In this document: in pieces, positions 59,276-64,000 of the stretch
Layout of the letters: each line of letters begins with the position of its first letter
How positions within the stretch are numbered: position 1 is the first letter of the stretch
From: Amylibacter sp. IMCC11727
Lineage (GTDB): Bacteria > Pseudomonadota > Alphaproteobacteria > Rhodobacterales > Rhodobacteraceae
Reading direction: 5' to 3'
DNA length: 64,000 nt
Assembly (NCBI RefSeq): GCF_029854195.1
Contig: NZ_CP122960.1
Coordinates: 510,984 to 574,983, forward strand
Position numbers and translations under genes: made by a program
Notes under the pieces: model-generated
What the model saw: only the letters and a program-made list of their open reading frames with translations
Told to the model about the DNA's origin: nothing
Database searches by the model: none

Positions 59276-60640
59276 TTAAACGGGCGTCACCTTTAGCGGA
59301 ACGCCGCCTTCGGGGCGGAGTGTGACAACCAGAACGGGTTTCGGATCTTTGCCTGGGATGCGTTCAAATTTAAAGCGCGAGATCAGGGTTGAGAGAATGA
59401 TTTGTGCTTCGATCATGGCAAAATGGCTGCCGATGCAGACGCGGGGGCCATCGCCAAAGGGCAGCCAACTGAAGCGGTCATACTCTGCGCCTTTGCCAAA
59501 GCGATCTGGATCGAACGTATCGGGGTCGTCCCACAGCAATTCGTTTCGGTGCAGTGCATAGACCGGCAGCATAACGGTGTCTTTGGGTTTGATATTGCGA
59601 CCGCACAATGTGTCTGCGTCTTGGGCGGTGCGTGACAGGAATGCAGCGGGGGGATACAGGCGCAGTGTTTCTTTGATCACCTGTTCGCAGTAGGGCATTT
59701 TCGTCACGTCGTCGTATGTGGCGGTGCGCCCGTTCAAAACCGATTGAGACTCAGCGCGGAGTTTTTCCTGCACCTTTGGGTCAAAGGCACAGAGGTATAA
59801 AGCCCAGCCGAGGGTCAGGGCGGTGGTTTCATGCCCTGCTACGATAAACGCCAACAGGTTATCGCGCAGTTCGGATTGGTTCATTTGACGGCCCGATTTC
59901 GGGTCTTCCCCTTCCATCAGCAGATCGAGCAGGTCGGGGATGTCCTTGGGGCCAGAGGCGCGGCGGGCGTTGATGCTTTGATCTGCGATCTCTTTCATTT
60001 TGGTGAGGGAGTTTGGCCCGAATAGGCGGGATAGGCGTGGCACCCATGTGGGCACGCCCATAATGTCAAACAGCGACACGCGGGCAGTTTGGTCGATATA
60101 GGCATCAATGGCGCGGTGGACGGCATCAGGGTCCATGGCGCCTGATCCTGAAAAGGTTACGTCTGAGATGACTTCGAATGTGGTGCGCACCATTTCATCA
60201 AAAACGTCTGCTTCGCCATTCGCCGCGGCAAGACGATCGCTTGCGGCTTGGGCACGGGCGGACATGATGGGGGCAAGAGCGGCGATGTTGCGGTGGGAAA
60301 ACACAGGGGCAGCGGCGCGACGTTGCCAGCGCCAGTGCGCCCCTTCGGCAATGAACATGCTGTCGCCAATGGCGGGGCGCAGGATGTTTTTGGTCACATC
60401 GGATTTTGGATAGATGTCGAGCTTGTCTTTTAAAATGCGGCGGTTGGCGGTGGGGTCCATGACCATATGCCAACGGATGATTCCCGTTTTACCCGTGACG
60501 ATGGGTTGCTTTACGGCCACTTGCGGGATGATCGCGATCAGGTTTTTTCGCGCAAGTTGCAGGGTTTCCCAGATCGACATGATCCGCGTGACCAATTCAA
60601 CCTTGGGCGGCTGTTCGCGTGTCATCTGTCCATCGGGCAT
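59276..60640 (-). CDS. Cytochrome P450
   Basis: Heme loop FGDGPRVCIG and ETLRLYPP motif. Confidence 0.85.
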   Translation of the reverse strand: MPDGQMTREQPPKVELVTRIMSIWETLQLARKNLIAIIPQVAVKQPIVTGKTGIIRWHMVMDPTANRRILKDKLDIYPKSDVTKNILRPAIGDSMFIAEGAHWRWQRRAAAPVFSHRNIAALAPIMSARAQAASDRLAAANGEADVFDEMVRTTFEVISDVTFSGSGAMDPDAVHRAIDAYIDQTARVSLFDIMGVPTWVPRLSRLFGPNSLTKMKEIADQSINARRASGPKDIPDLLDLLMEGEDPKSGRQMNQSELRDNLLAFIVAGHETTALTLGWALYLCAFDPKVQEKLRAESQSVLNGRTATYDDVTKMPYCEQVIKETLRLYPPAAFLSRTAQDADTLCGRNIKPKDTVMLPVYALHRNELLWDDPDTFDPDRFGKGAEYDRFSWLPFGDGPRVCIGSHFAMIEAQIILSTLISRFKFERIPGKDPKPVLVVTLRPEGGVPLKVTPV

Positions 60641-60912
60641 TCTGTTTCCAATCGCGATAAATGTCTTGGACTAACTATAGGTGGATTTGTTGGTTTAACC
60701 AGTTACAGACACGAGTTTTGGCATTTTGCGCCTGAGGCGCAGATTTTCGAGACAAACTGCCCCAAAGCCCAATAATACTGGTTGATTTTTAAGCCAAGGC
60801 GCATTACGTGGCACGCATCTATTATAGGGGTGCAGATGCACCGCTGTCGGCCCATAGATCGGGCCAAGCAACACGGCGTAACACCGCGCCAAAGATAACG
60901 GAGGCCAGCGAT

Positions 60913-62091
60913 ATGGCAAAAGAGAAGTTTGAACGTAATAAGCCGCACGTAAACATCGGCACGATTGGCCACGTTGACCACGGTAAGACAACGTTGACAG
61001 CTGCGATTACAAAGCAGTTTTCGAATGAGTTTAAAGCCTACGACGAGATCGACGGCGCGCCAGAAGAAAAAGCCCGTGGGATCACCATTTCCACAGCGCA
61101 CGTTGAGTATGAGACTGAAGGTCGTCACTACGCCCACGTTGATTGCCCAGGCCACGCTGACTATGTGAAAAACATGATCACGGGTGCGGCGCAGATGGAC
61201 GGCGCGATCTTGGTTGTGAACGCGGCTGATGGCCCTATGCCACAAACACGCGAGCACATCTTGCTGGGTCGCCAGGTTGGCATCCCGCACATGGTTGTGT
61301 TCATGAACAAAGTGGACCAAGTGGACGACGAAGAGCTGCTGGAACTCGTTGAAATGGAGATCCGTGAGCTGTTGTCCGAGTACGATTACCCAGGTGATGA
61401 TATCCCAATCATCGCGGGCTCTGCTCTGGCTGCTTTGGAAGACCGCGACGACAACATTGGTAAAGACAAGATCGCTGAGCTGATGGCGGCTGTGGATGAG
61501 TACATCCCGACACCCGCCCGTGCGGTTGACCAGCCGTTCCTGATGCCAATCGAGGACGTGTTCTCAATCTCTGGCCGTGGTACAGTTGTAACAGGCCGTG
61601 TAGAGCGTGGCGCGATCAACGTTGGCGACAGCATCGAGATCGTTGGTATCAAAGACACGACAACAACCACATGTACGGGTGTTGAAATGTTCCGCAAGCT
61701 GCTGGATCGCGGTGAAGCAGGCGACAACATCGGCGCGTTGCTGCGTGGTGTTGACCGTGATGCGGTTGAGCGTGGTCAGGTATTGTGTGCGCCGGGTTCT
61801 GTGAACCCACACACAAAGTTCGAAGCTGAGGTTTACATCTTGACCAAAGAAGAGGGTGGCCGTCACACGCCGTTCTTTGCGAACTACCGTCCACAGTTCT
61901 ACTTCCGTACAACGGACGTGACAGGCACAGTTGAGCTGCCATCTGGCACAGAAATGGTGATGCCGGGCGATAACCTGAAGTTCAACGTTGAGCTGATCGC
62001 CCCAATCGCGATGGAACAAGGCCTGCGCTTTGCGATCCGCGAAGGCGGCCGCACAGTGGGCTCCGGTGTTGTGTCCAAAATCAACGAGTAA
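60913..62091 (+). CDS. tuf: Elongation factor Tu
   Basis: [28 protein letters not shown], 392 aa. Confidence 0.95.
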   Translation: MAKEKFERNKPHVNIGTIGHVDHGKTTLTAAITKQFSNEFKAYDEIDGAPEEKARGITISTAHVEYETEGRHYAHVDCPGHADYVKNMITGAAQMDGAILVVNAADGPMPQTREHILLGRQVGIPHMVVFMNKVDQVDDEELLELVEMEIRELLSEYDYPGDDIPIIAGSALAALEDRDDNIGKDKIAELMAAVDEYIPTPARAVDQPFLMPIEDVFSISGRGTVVTGRVERGAINVGDSIEIVGIKDTTTTTCTGVEMFRKLLDRGEAGDNIGALLRGVDRDAVERGQVLCAPGSVNPHTKFEAEVYILTKEEGGRHTPFFANYRPQFYFRTTDVTGTVELPSGTEMVMPGDNLKFNVELIAPIAMEQGLRFAIREGGRTVGSGVVSKINE

Positions 62092-62133
62092 GTTGATTTT
62101 CGCCCGTTAATCCGGGCATCGAAATTTCAAGAA

Positions 62134-62162
62134 CCCCGCGCAGTTTTGTGCGGGGTTTTTTC
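62134..62162 (+). terminator. Rho-independent terminator of tuf
   Basis: ccccgcgcagttttgtgcgggg followed by ttttttc. Confidence 0.75.
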
Positions 62163-62303
62163 GTGGCAGGTTTGACAAATCGGCAACCATCCCAAAATGA
62201 ATTTTGAATTTACGTTTGGTTCAACACGTGGGTCGGTTGTCTTGCCTATGCAATTCCGTCATTCTGGCCGCACACTTATCGCGTGTGTTTTGGGGGGCGT
62301 ATG

Positions 62304-63332
62304 TCGCGTCGAAAGAAAATTCTGGTTACAGGCGGGTCTGGGTTTATCGCCAAGCATATCATTTTGCAGTTGTTGAATGACGGCTTTGAGGTGCGGGCGT
62401 CTGTGCGGTCTTTGGATCGGACCCCTGAAATTATGGATGCAATGGTTCAGCATGCCAAAGACACGCGCAATTTGGAAAAACGGCTGACATTTTGCCAACT
62501 TGATCTGATGTCTGATGATGGATGGTCCGAGGCGTTGGAAAATTGCCAAGCGTTGATGCACACCGCATCACCCTTTCCCATGGAACAGCCCGACAATGAA
62601 GACGATGTGATCAAGCCTGCGGTGGATGGCACGTTGCGTGCGTTGCGCGCAGCCCAAGCGGCGGGTGTTGAGCGTATTATTCTGACATCATCTGTGGTGT
62701 CGATTTACAACAAACGGTTGGCGGCAGGGCGTAATCGGTATGATGAAACCGATTGGTCTGAAAACAATTCGCCCATGGCCACGGCTTATTCCAAATCCAA
62801 AACACTGGCGGAAAAAGCGGCGTGGAATTACGTGCGCGAGCATCCTGAGTTGAAACTGACGACGATTTGCCCTTCGCTGGTGTTAGGGCCGCCGCTGGAT
62901 GAAACAATTGGCACATCGTTGAAGGTGATTGCGCGTCTGTTGTCTGGCAAAGATCCGATGGTACCCAATCTGGGCATGGCTTTGGTGGATGTGCGCGATG
63001 TGGCGCAGATGCATGTGCGTGCGTTGCAGCGGCCCGAAAGTGCAGGCAATCGGTATATCGGGTCTGAACGGTTTATGTGGATGCGCGACATCGCATTGGT
63101 GTTAAAGGCGGAGTATCCTGATCGGAAAATTCCGATGCGCGTCGCGCCTGATTGGCTGATGCGGATCATGGGGATGTTCGACAAAACGATTAAGAGCATT
63201 TTGCCATCCCTTGGGCATGAAGTGCCTTTGGACAATTCCGCCGCTGCCGAAGTGTTAGGTATTGAATTCATCGAGGCGCGGCAGGCCATTCGGACATCCG
63301 CATCGAGCCTGATCCGCGCAGAGATTGTGTGA
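62304..63332 (+). CDS. NAD-dependent epimerase/dehydratase (extended SDR, cinnamoyl-CoA-reductase-like)
   Basis: ILVTGGSGFIAKHI Rossmann motif and YxxxK (YSKSK). Confidence 0.8.
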   Translation, partial: SRRKKILVTGGSGFIAKHIILQLLNDGFEVRASVRSLDRTPEIMDAMVQHAKDTRNLEKRLTFCQLDLMSDDGWSEALENCQALMHTASPFPMEQPDNEDDVIKPAVDGTLRALRAAQAAGVERIILTSSVVSIYNKRLAAGRNRYDETDWSENNSPMATAYSKSKTLAEKAAWNYVREHPELKLTTICPSLVLGPPLDETIGTSLKVIARLLSGKDPMVPNLGMALVDVRDVAQMHVRALQRPESAGNRYIGSERFMWMRDIALVLKAEYPDRKIPMRVAPDWLMRIMGMFDKTIKSILPSLGHEVPLDNSAAAEVLGIEFIEARQAIRTSASSLIRAEIV

Positions 63333-63447
63333 TTTTACCGCCGATCTGTGGCGATTAAGACTCAGACCCAGAAGCAAGCGACCCTGACGCGGTGCGGCGG
63401 GTTCGGATCGCTTGATTTTGCGGGGCAACCGCGTGAAAACTGCGGCC

Positions 63448-64000
63448 ATGGTAACAAATACACACTCCGCCAATCTGTTATGGCTTAAACGTTTGGTCAT
63501 TTTGATCTTTGGGCTGGCCATTTTGCAAAATCTGCTGCCGCCCAACGGGTTTTCAGGCACGGTTTTGATCTTTGACTATGAATTCGGGTTGATGCGCCGT
63601 GGCTTGATCGGGGAATTGGGCAATTTTTACTGGGGCGACACGGCGTCCGCCGCCGAGGTGTTGGCGGTGTCTGCCATCATGTCGTTGTTCGGTTTGGTGT
63701 GTCTGTTGGCCCTGATGGGGATGCGGCTGTTTTCGGGGCAAACGACGTTGTGGCTGGCGTTGCTGCTGGTCACGTCTTTTGCGTTTAAGGCGATTGTCGG
63801 GTTCACGGGTTATATGGACATGATCCTGATCGGGTTGACGGCGCTGGCGGCAATGACGCCTGCGCAGCGGCTGATCGGGATTGTGGCGCGCACGCTGGCG
63901 GTGATTGTGGGGATGTTCTGCCACGAGATCATGCTGGCGTATTTTACCGTGTTTTTGTGTGTGGATTTGTGGATTGGGCGAGGGCACCGCATCACTTTGC
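63448..64000 (+). CDS. Hypothetical polytopic membrane protein, 3' end beyond window
   Basis: ATG at 63448 opens a frame with no stop up to the window end, encoding several hydrophobic helices. The antisense R/Q-rich ORFs were rejected. Confidence 0.45.
   Translation, partial: MVTNTHSANLLWLKRLVILIFGLAILQNLLPPNGFSGTVLIFDYEFGLMRRGLIGELGNFYWGDTASAAEVLAVSAIMSLFGLVCLLALMGMRLFSGQTTLWLALLLVTSFAFKAIVGFTGYMDMILIGLTALAAMTPAQRLIGIVARTLAVIVGMFCHEIMLAYFTVFLCVDLWIGRGHRITL

Noticed and set aside
63553-63987. 144-aa minus-strand R/Q/H-rich ORF
   Set aside because: Antisense to a plus-strand frame that encodes a coherent multi-helix membrane protein and is open to the window end.
1-64000. Mobile elements (integrase, transposase, phage genes) and classical defence systems (RM, TA, Cas, abortive infection)
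   Set aside because: No ORF with recombinase, transposase, nuclease or methylase signatures was found. The tRNA-fragment cluster at 32976-33122 has no adjacent integrase.

Overview
The window looks like a roughly 56-60% GC stretch of alphaproteobacterial (Rhodobacteraceae-like) chromosome, mostly core housekeeping genes. Identified genes include a dimethylglycine/sarcosine dehydrogenase-family enzyme, dapE, nhaA, RNase R, a split mnmC pair, slt, dapA-(P-loop)-smpB, sseA, an aromatic aminotransferase, yhhQ, an ECF sigma factor with an EF-hand protein, arfB, pncB/pncA, trhO, zapE, mltB, a YafY regulator, cobO-hbd-etfAB, a PduO-type adenosyltransferase, bfd-bfr, parC, a DUF898/M48 peptidase pair, a P450, a standalone tuf and an SDR epimerase. 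No integrase, transposase, CRISPR array or recognisable defence genes were seen. The clearly accessory part is a tightly coupled five-gene plus-strand cluster at 37375-44179. It encodes a GT32-like glycosyltransferase fused to a SAM-dependent methyltransferase, an alpha/beta-hydrolase-like hypothetical, one single-domain and one tandem-domain GT92-like glycosyltransferase, and a sulfotransferase paralog with a degenerate PAPS loop. All five proteins are predicted soluble and no flippase, polymerase or exporter is present, so this is the best candidate for an undescribed cytoplasmic glycan- or protein-modification system. An AT-rich islet follows it at 44200-44640, carrying a tiny secreted His/Cys 'YHCH' peptide gene, a short direct-repeat array and two terminators. 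Other notable points are a tRNA-Lys(CUU)-like gene with an aberrant acceptor stem flanked by tRNA 3'-end fragments (32976-33122), a nonsense-interrupted pncA, a low-GC hypothetical gene joined by an ATGA overlap to the PduO adenosyltransferase, and a perfect palindrome upstream of bfd-bfr.
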